A stretch of 64,000 nucleotides of DNA from the human T2T-CHM13v2.0 reference genome, Homo sapiens: the NCBI RefSeq assembly GCF_009914755.1, contig NC_060929.1. The stretch is one strand, 5' to 3'. Below, piece after piece: positions 34,251 through 52,099 of the stretch. A program made the position numbers and the translations under genes. Numbering within the stretch: position 1 is the first letter of the stretch; every line of letters starts with the position of its first letter. The notes below the pieces were generated by a model. That model had not been told where the DNA came from. It searched no databases and was given only the letters and a program-made list of their open reading frames with translations.

Positions 34251-35972
34251 ACTACCCCTTGAAGTACTCTATTTGTCCCAAGACCTCTAGAAGTGTAATT
34301 TTCTGTGGTCTAGAAGCATTCATATTATCAGTTCATTATTAGTGATCTGTGTATACCTGAACTCCACTTTTCTGTCTTGGGCAAAAGATTTTCAAACAAG
34401 AAAGTCTATCATGGAGCATAGTCATTTATCAGAAGAGATGGTACTATATTTATTGCCGACAGACTAAAAATCATGAAAACCTTTATTTGCATCCTTTCAT
34501 GGTGTTAGAAAATGTATACCATCAGCCTCTTCTCTAAGTTGCTTCTTACCCTGTAATATTTGTGACCAGAAACCTCAAGAAACTCCAACAATATATGCTC
34601 TCCTGCCCTTTTCTTTTCTTTTTTTTTTTAACTTTTATTTTAGGTTTTTTATTTTAGAAACATGTGAAGGTTTCTTACATAGGTAAACTCATGTCATGGG
34701 GGTGTGTTGTACAGATTATTACACCACCCAGGTATTAAGCCCAGTACCCAATAGTTTTCTTTCTAGCTTCTCTCTCTCCTCCCACCCTCCACCCTCAAGT
34801 AGGCCCCAGTGTCTGTTGTTTCATTCTTTGTGTTCATAAGTTCTCATCATTTAGCTCCCACTTATAAGTGAGAACATGTGGTATTTGGTTTTCTGTTCCT
34901 GCATTAGTTTGCTAAAGATAATGGCCTCCAGTTCCATCCATATTCCTGCAAAAGACATGATCTCACTCTTTTTTATGGCTGCATACTATTCCATGGTGTG
35001 TATGTACCATATTTTCTTTATCCAATCTGCCACTAATGGACATTTAGGTTGATTCCATTTCTTTGCTATTGTGAATAATGCTGCAATGAACATTCACATG
35101 CATGTGTCTTTTTTGGTAGAATGATTTACATTCCTTTAGGTATATACCCAGTAATGGGATTGCTGGATCAAATGGTAGTTCTGCTTTTAGCTCTTTGAGG
35201 AATCACCATACTACTTTCTACAATGGTTGAATTAATTTAGACTCCCACCAACAGTGTACAACTGTTTTCTCCCCAACCTTGCTAGCATCTGTTATTTTTT
35301 GACTTTTAATAGCATTTCTGACTGGTGTGAGATAGTGTCTCATTGTGATTTTGATATGCATTTCTCTAATGATCAGTGATTGAACTTTTTTTTCATATGA
35401 TTCTTGGCCCTATGTATGTCTTCTTTTGAAAAGTGTCCATTTATGTCCTTTGCCCATTTTTTTATGGGGTTGTTTTTCTCTTGTAAATTTAGGTTCCTTA
35501 TAGATTCTGGATATTAGACCTTTGTTAGATGCATAATTTGCAAATATTTACTCCCATTCTGTAAGTTGTCTGTTTACTCTGTTGATAGTTTCTTTTGCTG
35601 TGCAGAAGTTCTTAAGTTTAATTAGATCTCATTTGTCAATTTTTGTTTTTCTTGTGATTCCTTTTGGTGTCTTTGTCATGAAATATTTGCCCATTCCTAT
35701 GTCCAGGATGGTATTGCCTAGGTTGTCTTCCAGGGTTTTTATAATTTGGGGTTTTACATTTAAGTCTTTAATCCACGCTGGGTTACTTTTTGTATAGGGT
35801 GTAAGAAAGGGGTCCAGCTCCAGTCTGCATATGGCTAGTCAGTTATCCCAGCACCATTGGTTAAATAGGGAGTCTTTTCCCCATTGCTTGTTTTTCTCAG
35901 CTTTGTCAAAGATCAGATGGTCATACATGTGTGGCCTGATTTCCGAGCTCTCTATTCTGTTTCATTGGCCTA

Positions 35973-38646
<2,674 letters not shown>

Positions 38647-40251
38647 GTCTATGTGTCTGTTTATGTACCAGTATCATACTGTTTTGGTTACTGTAACCCC
38701 ATAATATAGTTTAAAGTCAGGTAATATGATGCCTCCAGCTTTGTTCTTTTTGCTTGGGATTGCCTTGGTTATTTGAGCTTTGCTTTGGCTCCATATGAAT
38801 TTTTAAATAGTCTTTTCTAGTTCTGTGAAGAATGTCATTGTTAGTTTGATAGGAATAGCACTGAATCTGTAAATTGCTTTGGGCAGTATGGCCATTTTAA
38901 TAATATTGATTCTTCCTATCCATGAGCATGAAATGTTTCTCCATTCATTTGTGCCTTCTCTCATTTCTTTGGGAGATTTTTCACCTCATTGTTTAGCTAT
39001 ATTCCTAGGTATTTTATACTTTTGTAGCAATTGTGAATGAGATTGCCTTTCTGATTTGGCTCTCAGCTTGGCTGTTGGTGTATAGGAATGCTAGTGATTT
39101 TTCTACATTGATTTTTGCACCCTGAAACTTTGCTGAAGTTGTTTATCAGCTTAAGGAGCTTTTGGGTCAAGACTATTGGGTTTTCTACCTATAGAATCAT
39201 GTCTGCAAACAGAGATAGTTTTACTTTCTCTCTTCCTATTTGGATACCCCTTATTTCTTTTTCTTGCCTGATTGCCCTGGCTAGGACTTCCAATACTATA
39301 TTGAATAGGAATGGTGACAGAGGGCATCCTTATCTTGTACTGGTTTTCAAGAGGAATTCTTTCAGCTTTTGCCCATTCAGTATAATGTTGGCTGTGAGGT
39401 TTTCATGGATGGTTCTTATTAGAGGTATTCTCCTTCAATACCTAGTTTGTTGAGAATTTTTAACATGAAATTGTGTTGAATTTTATCAAAAGCCTTTTCT
39501 GCATCTATTGAGATAATAACTGAGATAATCATGTGGTTTTTGTCTTTAGTTTTGTTTATTTGATGAATCATACTTATTGATTTGCATATGGTGAATCAAC
39601 ATTGCACCTCATAGAGGAAGCCTACTTGATAATGGTGGGTTAGTTTTTTGATGTGCTGCTGGATTTGGTTTGCAAGTATTTTGTTGAAGATTTTTGCATT
39701 GATGTTCATCAAAGATATTGGCCTGAGGTTTTCTTTTTTGTTGTTGTTTCTCTGCCAGACTTTGGTATCAGGATGATGCTGGCCTCATAGAATGAGTTGG
39801 GGAGGAGTACCTCCTCCTCAATATTTTGGAATCGTTTCTGTATTGGTAGAATTCAGCTGTGAATACATCAGGTCCTGGGTTTTGTGGGTTTTTTTTTTGT
39901 TTTTTGTTGTTGTTGTTTTGTTTTTTGTTTTTATTTATTTTTTTGGTTGGTATGCTATTTATTACTGATTCAATTTTGGAGCTCATTACTGGTCTGTTCA
40001 GGAAACCAGTTTTTTCCTGATTCAGACTTGTGAGGGTGTACGTGTCCAGGAGTTTATCCATCTCTTCCAGGTTTTCTAATTTGTATGCATTGAGGTATTT
40101 GTAGTAGTTTCTGATGGTTGTTTTTTATTTCTGTGAGGTCAGTGGTAACATTCTTTTCATCAACATTCTTTTCATCATTTCTAATTGTATCTATTTGGAT
40201 CTTCTCTTTTTTCTACTTTATTTGTCTAGCTAGTGGCCTATCTTATTATTT

Positions 40252-41003
40252 TTTATTATTATTATTATACTTCAAGTTTTAGGGTACATGTGAACAATGT
40301 GCAGGTTTGTTACATATGTATACATGTGCCATGTTGGTGTGCTGCACCCATTAACTCATCTTTTAGCGTTAGGTATATCTCCTAATGCTATCCCTCCCCT
40401 CTCTCCCCACCCCACAACAGGCCCCGGTGTGTGATGTTCCCCTTCCTGTGTCCATGTGTTCTCATTGTTCAATTCCCACCTATGAGTGAGAATATGCGGT
40501 GTTTGGTTTTTTGTCCTTGTGATAGTTTGCTGAGAATGATGGTTTCCAGCTTCAACCATGTCCCTACAAAGGACATGAACTCATCATTTTTTATGGCTGC
40601 ATAGTATTCCTTGGTGTATATATGCCACATTTTCTTAATCCAGTCTATCATTGTTGGACATTTGGGTTGATTCCAAGTCTTTGCTATTGTGAATAGTGCC
40701 GCAATAAACATATGTGTGCATGTGTCTTTATAGCAGCATGATTTATAGTCCTTTGGGTATATACCCAGTAATGGGATGGCTGGGTCGGATGGCTGGGTCA
40801 AATGGTATTTCTAGTTCTAGATCCCTGAGGAATCGCCACACTGACTTCCACAATGGTTGAACTAGTTTACAGTCCCACCAACAGTGCAAAAGTGTTCCTA
40901 TTTCTCCACATCCTCTCCAGCACCTGTTGTTTCCTGACTTTTTAATGATGGCCATTCTAACTGGTGTGAGATGGTATCTCATTGTGGTTTTGATTTGCAT
41001 TTC
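40252..41003 (-). mobile_element. 5'-truncated L1PA3/4-like element
   Basis: Young-type 3'UTR (ttaggtatatctcctaatgctatccc); TSD tcttattattt at 40241-40251 and 41004-41014. Confidence 0.92.
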
Positions 41004-44000
41004 TCTTATTATTTCTTTCAAAAAACCAACTCCTGGATTCATTGATCTTTTGAATAGATTTTGTGTCTCAATTTCTCTCAGTTCAGCTATGATTTTGGTT
41101 ATTTCTTGTCTTCTGCTAGTTTTGAGGCTGATTTATTCTGGCTTCTCTAGTTCTTTTAGTTATGATGTTAGGTTATTAATTTGAAATCTTTCTAACTTTT
41201 TGATGGGGGCATTTAGTGCTATGAATTTCCCTCTTAACACTGCCTTAGCTGTGTCCCAGAGATACTGGTATGTTGTATCTATGTTCTCATTAGTTTCAAA
41301 GAACTTCTTGATTTGTACCTTAATTTCATTATTTGCACACAAGTCATTCAGGAGGATGTTGTTTAATCTCCATGCAATTGCCTGATTTTGAGCTATTTTC
41401 TTAGTCTTGACTTCTATTTTTATTGCACTGTGGTCGAGAGTGTGTTTGGCATGATTTTGGTTCTTCTGCATTTGCTATCTCCTGCTCTTTTCTATAGCCT
41501 GACCCTCTTGATTTCTTACACACAAGCTTTTCACAATTAGGAAGTCAGAACTTTCCATCTGTAAAGTGACTGATCAGTTCAAGAAATATCCTATCTTTGT
41601 CTCATTCTTTTATAATCCCCAGGCTTCAAGAAAATTCTTATCTCCAATCCCAAGCCTCTTTCCAGATTCATTGGCACCATCTGCTTTCACAAGGCATGGA
41701 AATGTCAATAAATTTTTGGTAAGATGTCTTTTCATGGCTGCCACTGTGGTCTCAATTGTTATTAAATTTATTCCTGCTGGCTTTTGGCTTTTACCCACAA
41801 TAAGTTAACTTATTTTCCATTGTCATTACACAACAGTTTCTTCTGGGGGAAAAAAAGGAATACATTGATTTCATGAACTTGCCATTTTACATAAGTAGTC
41901 TAAAGGTGCCCCACAGGATTATCAGATGAGAGGGCTTAATTTGGCTCTCTAATGTTTATTTTGTCAAAATCACATAGCTAGTTAATGACAAAGCAAGTAC
42001 TATAAACCATCTGATTTATTTTACAGTTTAGTTAACTTGTAATTACACAGGAAATCATTCTGTTGCCTAAATCCTATGACTGGCAGTCTTTTCTAAAAAT
42101 GTCTGATTGTTTTCTAATTGCTTTTATTTGATTTTTATGAGGCTTATATTTTTCCAAAGGTTCTGGCTCCAAGTATTATAGAAAAGGGAGTTACTTACCA
42201 ATCTCCCTTCTTCACCATTTATTGAACCTGACTCTTTCTGATCAAGAACCTGCTATGAATATGACAGAAACTTTCCCTCAAGAATATCCTGGCAGTCCAA
42301 AGGGAAGAGAGATGGGCAATCGCCTTTGCAGGATGATAATGAAGTAAAAGAAGCATGAACAAATGCAGAAAAATAAAAGCAGATGAAAGAATTACTAATT
42401 GCTTGCATGGAGAAGAGAGATGTAGATTCTAATGATATCTATGCTAAGTCTTGAAGAATGCACAGGAATTTGCTGAACGATTATGGAGAAGAACATTTCA
42501 AACACAGGGAATAGCAAGTTCATAAGCAGCAAGACATAAAAAAGCAAAGTGTGTTTATTTAAATGAAGTGGTTGGATACTTCAAGAAGATGGAATACAAA
42601 GAGAAATACTCCAGAATATATTCAATATCTAACAAAAATATCATGGACAAGAAATTAATGCTAGCAAGCTTAGGCCATATTGTATAAAGCTGCGTTGGCT
42701 ATACTAAGAAATAGCAACAAATAAAAGTGGAAAATAAATATTCTTATATGCTCACCTTGTATTATCTTTTTCTCTCTCTCTTACTCCCCTAAGCATAAAA
42801 ATGTCTTACCATAGTCTCAGGTTTGCCCTAGCTACCATAAAGATGACTAATCTAGTGTAAATTAGCAGGGATTGGACAGAAGAGTGAGAAAAAAATTAAG
42901 TGCCTCTTTCTAGGAATGCACTAAAATATGAATCACTTTTGAAGTGTGGGCATTATTTCTGCTTAATAGTTTTGAACCAAGAAATTATTCCAAAGAAAAG
43001 GTAAAGAGGGTAACAGTAAAGGGGAGATTTTTTTAAAAAAAATTAAATGAGAGGGAGAAGTGAAGGTATGCTTCAATGACATTTTCAACTCTTGTTCACT
43101 TTATATTTCTGACAAAAAGATGAGTTAAGTTCAGGAAGGAATAGTTAGATAATCTGAATGAGTTCTGTTTTCCAGTATTTACATTCTTCACTAAATACTG
43201 AAGAATGGAGGCAAGATGAGGAAAAAAGTGGTGTAATATTTGGCAGGAGGACTCCTCTAATAAAGATAATAGACTTTGTGTCTCTGCAGAGTTTCATCCC
43301 CGCTGGCTATGACAAGCTGGTAAATCATCACACAAGTAATGGGCCTTAAAGACTGGAGGAAATGCAGCACCTGGATTTTGAAATCCAGAAATTACTTCCC
43401 AGAAAAATGCCCAGTCTTCTCATCATTTTTCTGGTTGAGCTGTATTTTTGTCCTGGACATAAACTGAAAAAGAAACTACCACCATCTTGTGCACCACAGA
43501 TGTCAGGCCCAGTAGATTTGATTTGTTCCTATGATTTGATTATTTGTGTCTTCACTTTTGCCTGTTCGGATGATCACTCACAATGCAACACTCATACTAA
43601 AAGAATGAATAGCATAGGCCCTAATATATTTAAAAGCATATGCCAGAGCCAAATGATAAACAAAATAATGGGCCATCATTCCTGATAACTCCTTTGAAGA
43701 TAAGACAGGATGAAAAACCATCTGAATGAAACTGAATTTCACCATGGGTCAAGAAGTTGGGGTGCAATATATCTAAAGAGAAGTTCTACATAGGGACAGT
43801 ACACACACATAGCAGCTACTCAGTAAATATTTGTTGAGTGATAGGGACTGGATTTCTCATCCAGCTCACTAAATTTTAATCGGACTTAATCAGGCTTAGT
43901 GTGTCAGAGTGTGAGTAATTCAGACTGCATCTTCACTCTTTGGAACCAAAGCCCATTTCTCTGATAGTTTGCAGAGCCATGTGGGAGGGAAGATAACTCA

Positions 44001-44010
44001 GCAAACCCTC

Positions 44011-44491
44011 TGTGGTATGGTAATAATGCCCCCATAAAAATGTTTACATCCTAAGGCCTAAAAATCTATGAATGTTACCTTACATGGCAAAAGGGTCTTT
44101 GTGTATGATTACGTTTAAAAATCTTGAGATTGGGAGATTATTCTATATTATCTGGTGGGCACAGATAATCACAAGGGTCCTTACAAGAGGGGAGCAGAGG
44201 TGAAAAGAAGAGACAAGTGTGACAATGGAAGCAGAGGTGGATGTGATGCACTTGGAGATGAAGGAATGAGCCAGGAACCAAGGAATGCAGATGGTCTTCT
44301 AGAAGCTCGAAAAGGAAAGGAGGCAGTTTCTTCCTTAGAGTTTCCAGAAAGCAACACAGCTCTGTTTGATTTTCACCTGTAAAACCCATCTTGGACTTCT
44401 GACCTCCAGTACTGTGAAATAATAAATGTGAGTTGTTTCAAGCCAGTAGAGTGTGTGGCAATTTGTCTGGCAGCAATAGAAAAATAATACA
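44011..44491 (+). mobile_element. MLT1D-like solo LTR
   Basis: tgtggtatggtaataatgcccc...ttaccttacatggcaaaaggg...gcagcaatagaaaaataataca. Confidence 0.85.
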
Positions 44492-44529
44492 TCCTCTTTT
44501 ATCTTCTCCAGCTACAGACGAAAGCCTCA

Positions 44530-45420
44530 ACGGTAAGATCCACCTATGCCTGAGGCTGGAAGAAAACAGATCAGAATATGGCCAATGCAGAATAAGTGGA
44601 AAGGCTCGGAATGTAAATGGCTTGGAATTTTCTAGGAACAAACAGCAGCTGAAGTGGCAGGAGCATGATGAGCAAAGAAAAGAGGAAATGCTCAAGATGA
44701 AGTAGAGAGGTGGGCAGGGCAGTGCAGGTGAGGCCTTGAAAACTATAGTAAGTAGTTTAGATTTTAGTCTTAGTACAATGAGAAAAACCATTTAAGTATG
44801 TTTTGAGCAGTGAGTGATGTGATATGATTTTTTTTTAAGAGACAGGGTCTTACTCTGTCACCCAGGCTTGAGTACAGTAGCACAATCATACCTCACTGCA
44901 GCCTTGAGCTCCTAAGCTCAAGCGATACTCCTGCCTCCACCTCCAGAGTAGCCAGGAATACTGGTGGGTACCACCACACCCAGCTAATGGTTTGCATTTT
45001 TAAGAGATCACTCTGGCTGCAGAGTGAAAAGCAAACTGTAGAGGGGAAATGAAAGCATAAAGCCATGGGGAGGCTATGAATTAGCCAAAGAATGAGATGG
45101 TGGTGGCTTGGGCTAAAGTATGATGAAGGGAGTGAAAAGTGAGAATAAATTCTGGAGATGGAACCTACAAGACTTGATGAGACATAAGTTATATGGGAAT
45201 GAGAGAAATTAAAGATGCAGCTGGGAGATTGGTTGAGGCATTTACTGACACTGGGAAGATTTAGAGAGGACAGTTTAGGAGTGGTAGGGAATAAAGACTT
45301 CATTTGTAGACATGTTAAAATTAAAAAGTACATGAGAGATTTGAGTGGAGATATGAAATAGGAAGCTGGATATGCAAGTGTGGACATGCAAAACTGGAAT
45401 TTGGAGAAATGGACAATTTA
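44530..45420 (-). mobile_element. L2 fragment with Alu right-arm (FRAM/AluJ) insert at ~44828-45000
   Basis: gagatcactctggctgc, ggacagtttagg...tgttaaaatt L2 motifs; Alu arm gagacagggtcttactctgtcacccagg. Confidence 0.7.
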
Positions 45421-47018
45421 AATGCTATCTTTTTTCTGATCATTCATAAAAGTCTTATTTAAATAAAGCACTAAGTTTTACTCATTAAAATCTGCATCTG
45501 TTTCTGCCTTAAATACCTTTTATCTATCTATCTAAATTTCTACCAAATTTTAAACTCCTTCAGTGAAGTAAAAAAATGTTTCATACATCTCTGGAACTTT
45601 TTATAATTATTTTCACAAAGTAGGGACACATTTGTTCGAATTCACCTAAATACAAACTACATCCCATTTTTTAAGAAGCGATAGAGAGGAACCCAATTTA
45701 ACATTTCTAATTATGTAAAAACAGTCACAGTTGGTCACTTTTATTTCAACATATTTTTCTACCTTATTTATGGGCCTTCTTGAAAAAGATTAAACAATGT
45801 AATTCTCACTCAATGACTTAAGGAAAATTAAGACCAAATTCATCCATCCAAATGTTTTCACTTTTTATTCTTTCCTTGAGCTAGGCTAGACTACTCTGAT
45901 AATAGGAAATTGTATAAAATTCTGAGCTCTTCTACCAAATGTCTATGTAATCCAACAAACAAACTGATATGTCTGTGTGTAACATCTACAGATTCTGTGA
46001 TGTTATTGAAGGTGGTGAATTGTCAGCTGGCCTTTCCTTTGGAAACAATAGAGGTCAGCAATTTTTCAGTTCTGAAGTCTCAGCCAAATTGTATTTGTCC
46101 TTTTAAGTACAAGATGAGAAGGTACAGCATAATCCTCTTTGCTACAGTTCTCATTAATTTAATGTGGGGCTATGGAGAAGTACAGAACAGCACTTCCTCA
46201 TTGGTGTCTCAATTGCAGTTATGAAGCCAAAAAAGCTAGGATTTTGAAGTAAAAGAATTTATATTCTCAATGACATAGCATTATGCTAGAAAATATGTTT
46301 CCATATCCTATTCAGGAAATAGCTAGGTACGAACAGTTTCTCACTGTGCTCCAATCTACTGAGCAATAATTTTCTCTAAATAAAAAAAGGAAAACTGCTG
46401 TCAGAGTAGGGTGGGGTTTTTTTAACCAAGAGGGAAATAAAAGAGTAAGTAAGGAAGAAAGTAGTCATTCTGCCAGTTTTGCCCACTGGGTTCTAATCCA
46501 AAAGCCATACCTTTAAATCTGCTTCTTAATTTGTGAGTTCAACTATTAAAACAAACAAAATAATATTTTCTAAATAGAAGTCAAGCAACAATATTATTTT
46601 ATTTCCTACCATAATGAGGTTTCACCTGGAAGAGGGGAAAAAAACTCTCTATCCAGTATATTGACTTCTCCATTGTTACTTTTATAAAAAGTATTTTTCT
46701 TTTTTAGTAATTGAATGCTTAAATGGTACAGAAAATTATTCTAATTATATTAGCAAATGTTTAGTATTACATACCCTTCAAGTGGGTGCTAAATAAATGC
46801 TAGGTTCAAAAACTATTTTTAATGAATAACAGCAAAGATTTATTGACACACATACATTTTCAGGAACATTAAAACTGATACTTTTCAAAAAGCATCTCCT
46901 TGGATTTAATCTCACATATGGGAATTTAGCCCAATATAATAAAAGAAAGAAAAATGTATGTATATATACACCAAAATGTGTAATGTTGTAATATTTTTGA
47001 CCTAGAGGATAAAAAAAA

Positions 47019-47340
47019 TTTTTATTATACTTTAAGTTCTGGGGTACATGTGCAGAACGTGCCGGTTTGTTACACAGGAATACATGTGCCATGGTGATTT
47101 GCTGCACCCATCAACCCGTCATCTACATTAGGTATTTCTTCTAATGCTATCCCTCCCCTAGCTCCCCACCCCCCAACAGGTCCTGGTGTGTGATGTTCCC
47201 CTCCCTGTGTCTATGTGTTCTCATTGTTCAACTCCCACTATGAGTGAGAACATGCAGTGTTTGGTTTTCTGTTCTTGTGTTAGTTTGTTGAGAATGATTG
47301 TTTCCAGCTTCATCCACGTCCCTGCAAAGGACATGAACTC
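47019..47340 (-). mobile_element. Short L1PA5-7-like 3' end
   Basis: tttattatactttaagttctggggtacatgtgcagaacgtg; TSD agaggataaaaaaa starting at 47004 and 47341. Confidence 0.9.
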
Positions 47341-47514
47341 AGAGGATAAAAAAATTAATGTATAAATGACCAGCAGTAGGTGACAGGCTTAGCAGATTAT
47401 AACGAGTTGACACAGTTAATTAAAAAGATAATAAAGAATGAAGTTTTGTGCCAAATGTATATAAAATAACGCTAATGTTAAATTGTAGAAAACAAAACAT
47501 TTTATATACTAGAG

Positions 47515-47892
47515 ACTATGGTCTGAATATGTACCGCAAAATTTATATGCTGAAACTTAATTTTCAATGTGATAATATTAGAGGTGGGACCTTTAGGAGG
47601 TGATTAAGTCATGACGGTGGAGCCCTCGGGACTGGGTTTAACACTGCTATAAAAGAGGTGCAAAGGAGTTAACCCCCCTTCCCTTTCACCCTGTCATCGC
47701 TTCTGCCATGTGAGGACACAGCATTTAAGGCACCATCTTAAAAGCAGAGACCAGGGCCCTCACCAGACACCAAACCTGCTGACGTTTTAATCTGGGGCTC
47801 CCCAACCTCTAAAATTGTAAGAAATAAATTTCCATTATTTATCAATTATCCAGTCTTGGATGTTTTGTTACAGCACCACAAACACACTAAGA
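47515..47892 (+). mobile_element. MaLR solo LTR (MSTC/MSTD/MLT1A-like)
   Basis: ctatggtctgaatatgt...gaggtgggacctttaggaggtgattaagtcatga...gaaataaatttcc...ctaaga. Confidence 0.8.
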
Positions 47893-47924
47893 TTCTAGAT
47901 TAACAAATATTTTCAACACATTCT

Positions 47925-48470
47925 ATGGGAGCCCACGCCTCCAATTTCCTATCTAACAGGATATGAGTTTAGTTAAGGGCAACACTGTGTCCAGCTGCTT
48001 AGGATGAAGCATGATTGGTCCAGAGCAGCTGTCACTGAGCCATTTATCCTTTGCTACTATTATTTCCCCATCTATGTGACCCAGTTCTAGTCAATGGGAA
48101 GTGATATATAAAGGGAAGTTTTCTAAAGACAGGAAATCCTTCTGAGAAAGTGTTTTCCTCCCTGATAAAACAAAAATCCCTTCTGTTACCCATGTCTTTC
48201 GATCCCTAATTGGAATTCCAGTGCTATGGTGTGAGGTTTGGAACTGTGGGAACCATCGTAAAATGAGGCAACAAACACAGGAACCAAAAGACAACATGCT
48301 AAAGGTGATGGAACAGAAGTAAAAAAGAGTGTGGGTCCTTGATTATATTATTGAACCTCTGCACCACACCGAGAAGGGCAATCTCTGCACTTTTAAGCAA
48401 ATAATAAATGTGGTTAATCCACCATTAGTTAGGTTTTCAGGTAATTGCAGTCAAACACATATTATCTAAT
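47925..48470 (+). mobile_element. Old MLT1 (K/L-like) LTR
   Basis: tatgtgacccagttctagtcaatgg...gggtccttgattatattattga...caggtaattgcagtcaaacac. Confidence 0.6.
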
Positions 48471-49295
48471 AAATACTCAAATGTACATGAAGACTGGTAA
48501 GGATCAGAAAAATTAAAGTAGATGCTTTAAGGTAGCAGAAATATAGCTCATTTTTTTCCTTTCAGAAAATACGGAAAGTATGGGTAGCATGGGAAATTAA
48601 AACTATTTGTTCTTCCCAACTCTCCATACATTACTATTAAGAACATTTTTGGCATAGACCCTTTCAAGTACGTATCTAGCAAGGGAACTTAAGTACCACC
48701 TGGTTTCCCCTCATTTCAGGAATCAGCCCCAAACTTGAAGGCATAGAGACTGTAAGTTTCCCCACATTGTACAGAGAGTCTAAAATGATTTTGGCAGACA
48801 TCCCCTCCAAGGTTTACAATAGGTGGAGGAAAATCTCAAGAGGCTAACAGCTCCTTTTAATGTCTGTCCATTAACATTTTTCAGCCTCACTCACATTCCC
48901 ATCTTTGAAATTTCCTAGAGCCTCCAATTCCTCAGTTTTTCCAGGACTTGTTTCTTGGCTTCTACCTTTTCCAAAACACCTTGCAGGCTGATGTTTCAAC
49001 CTTCTGACGTGCTAAGTTAGTTACCTGTTGTTTGTTCTTATCTCCCCATTCGTCCTTGGAAACTTACTTTTTAAATCTCTTTTCTATCATTTTAGTGGGT
49101 TGTGGGGTGGTAACAGGGATAAATGTATGTGTTTCATGATGTACACAAGGCATTTCATACATTTTCATGGAACTTACTATTGATTGACAAATGGCCTTTC
49201 AAAAGGGTTTTACCATTTACCCATGATGAGCTGGCTTTAGGGACCTTAAAATCAAATGTTAACAGAGTAGAAAATCTAATCAAGAATACAAAAAA

Positions 49296-49581
<286 letters not shown>

Positions 49582-49732
49582 TCACTAAAGAGACTTTAGG
49601 AGGATAAACTATTAAAAGTCTCCCTTGCTTAGAACACATACTTTCTACCATACTGTCTCCTGTTTGTGGCATTTAAATAATGAAACGATAAACTAATACA
49701 GAGATCTGTTAGTCTACTTTGCATTGCTATCA

Positions 49733-50330
<598 letters not shown>

Positions 50331-51504
50331 TCAGAAAACTTACAGTCATGGCAGAAGGCAAGCGAGGAGCAGTTGTGTCACATGGTGACAGAGTGAACAA
50401 GAGAGAGTGGCAAAGGTGCCATGTTATTTAAACAACCAGCTCCCACATGAACTAATACAACAAGAACTTACTTATTACCACAGGGCAGGCACCAAGCCAT
50501 TCATGAGGAATCCACTCCCATAACCCAAATACCTCCCGTTAGGCCCCACTTCCAACATTGGGGATCACATTTCAACATGAGATTTGGAGTGAACAAATAT
50601 CTAAACTATATCAAGAGATAAATAATATTCCCAAAGGAAATCAGATAAAACAGGTAAAAGAATCTCCAAGGGTAAAATCTAAATACACACAAGATAATAA
50701 ATGGAAAAAAATGCTTTATTGTCCAAAAGTAACTAGACATGACCACAAAAGCAGTATCTATCTCAGACCATTTCTTTCTTTACCACTAAGGAGACTGGAG
50801 AGATGTTTTTAGTGGAAATAGATACAGGAGTGAGAAAGGCTGGTCCCAAACTTCTGGTGGTAAACAAAGGACAAGCAAATAAAGACATCCATTCACTCAT
50901 TCAACAAATATTTATTCAACAACTATCTTATTTATGACAGACACTGTGCTTGACTTTAGGACTACCAGTGTGAACAAAAGGGATATGGTCTGCACCCTTG
51001 TCTGGAAAGTCTCTGCTCTCTGCTTTGGTCTGGAGTTCATAGTTCAGGAAGGATGAAAGATAATGAAAAAAACATAAATAATTATTTTGTCTACATTTGC
51101 CATAATCCTATTAGAGATAATAGTATGAAGCCGGCATGAGATGCAATAGAGGACCCAGCCTAGACTATGGACTAGAGAAAATATCATGTAAGATGTCACA
51201 TTTAACCAGTGATTCTCAAAATGTGATTCCTACATTAAAATTTGAGAACCACTAATGTACACTGCAACTTGAAGGGTATGGAGGAGTCAACAGGGAAAGA
51301 GGAGGTGAAGAGCCGAGACAGAAGGTGTAAAAGGGATAGGAAAACTTCCATGGGATTTCAGAGGATTAACAGACTAGTTGGTGCGTGCAGAGATCAAGAA
51401 AGTTATGTCAATTTCTTCCCATTTTTTTCTTAATTTTAGTTCTTCTATTTGCCCTGTGTAGACCACCAAAACTAGCTTTTCCTTCATGCTAAGGTCAGGG
51501 AGTG

Positions 51505-51830
51505 ATCTAACACAATTCTCAAATTTTATATGCATCAGAGTCACTTGTATATCTTCTTAGACCACAGATTCCTGGAGTTTATGATCCTGTAGATTTAAGT
51601 AGGGTCTGATAAGTTGCATTTGTAACAATTCCCTGGCTGGGCACAGTGGCTCACCTGTAATCCCAACACTTTGGGAGGCTGAGGTGGGTGGGTTGCTTGA
51701 GCCCAGGAGTTTGAGATCAGCCTGGGCAACATGGCAAAATCCTGTCTCTACAAGAAATACAAAAATTAGCCAAGTATGGTAATACTAGTAATACTGCTAG
51801 TTAAGGAACCATGCTTTGATAATCACTGCT
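51505..51830. mobile_element. MER5-like MITE interrupted by an Alu left monomer (~51635-51780)
   Basis: ttctcaaatttta...gcatcagagtcac...ttgcatttgtaacaattccc ... accatgctttgataatcactg. Confidence 0.65.
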
Positions 51831-52099
51831 GTAGCATGTGTTTCTAAAACTGAAATTCTGATTAAGAAGTCTGTGGTGAAGCCCAAGAATCTATATTTTA
51901 AACAATGGCTACGGTGATCCTTTTGATAAAGCAAAACTGGAAAACAAAGTTCTAGTTATAATTTCGCTTCTGGAGCCTCTCCTATAAAAACCTCTGCTGT
52001 TTGTTATTTTTCCTTCTATATTTAAATTACAAATTACTAATTTATCTACCCATGATGCATTCTCTTCACATTCAACAACAAGTAGAAGCCATTTAACTA

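Noticed and set aside
43158-43685. 63-aa and 107-aa plus ORFs with some splice-like sites
   Set aside because: No recognisable protein similarity and weak splice signals.
44893-45387. 164-aa minus ORF
   Set aside because: Lies in an L2 remnant running into an Alu arm.
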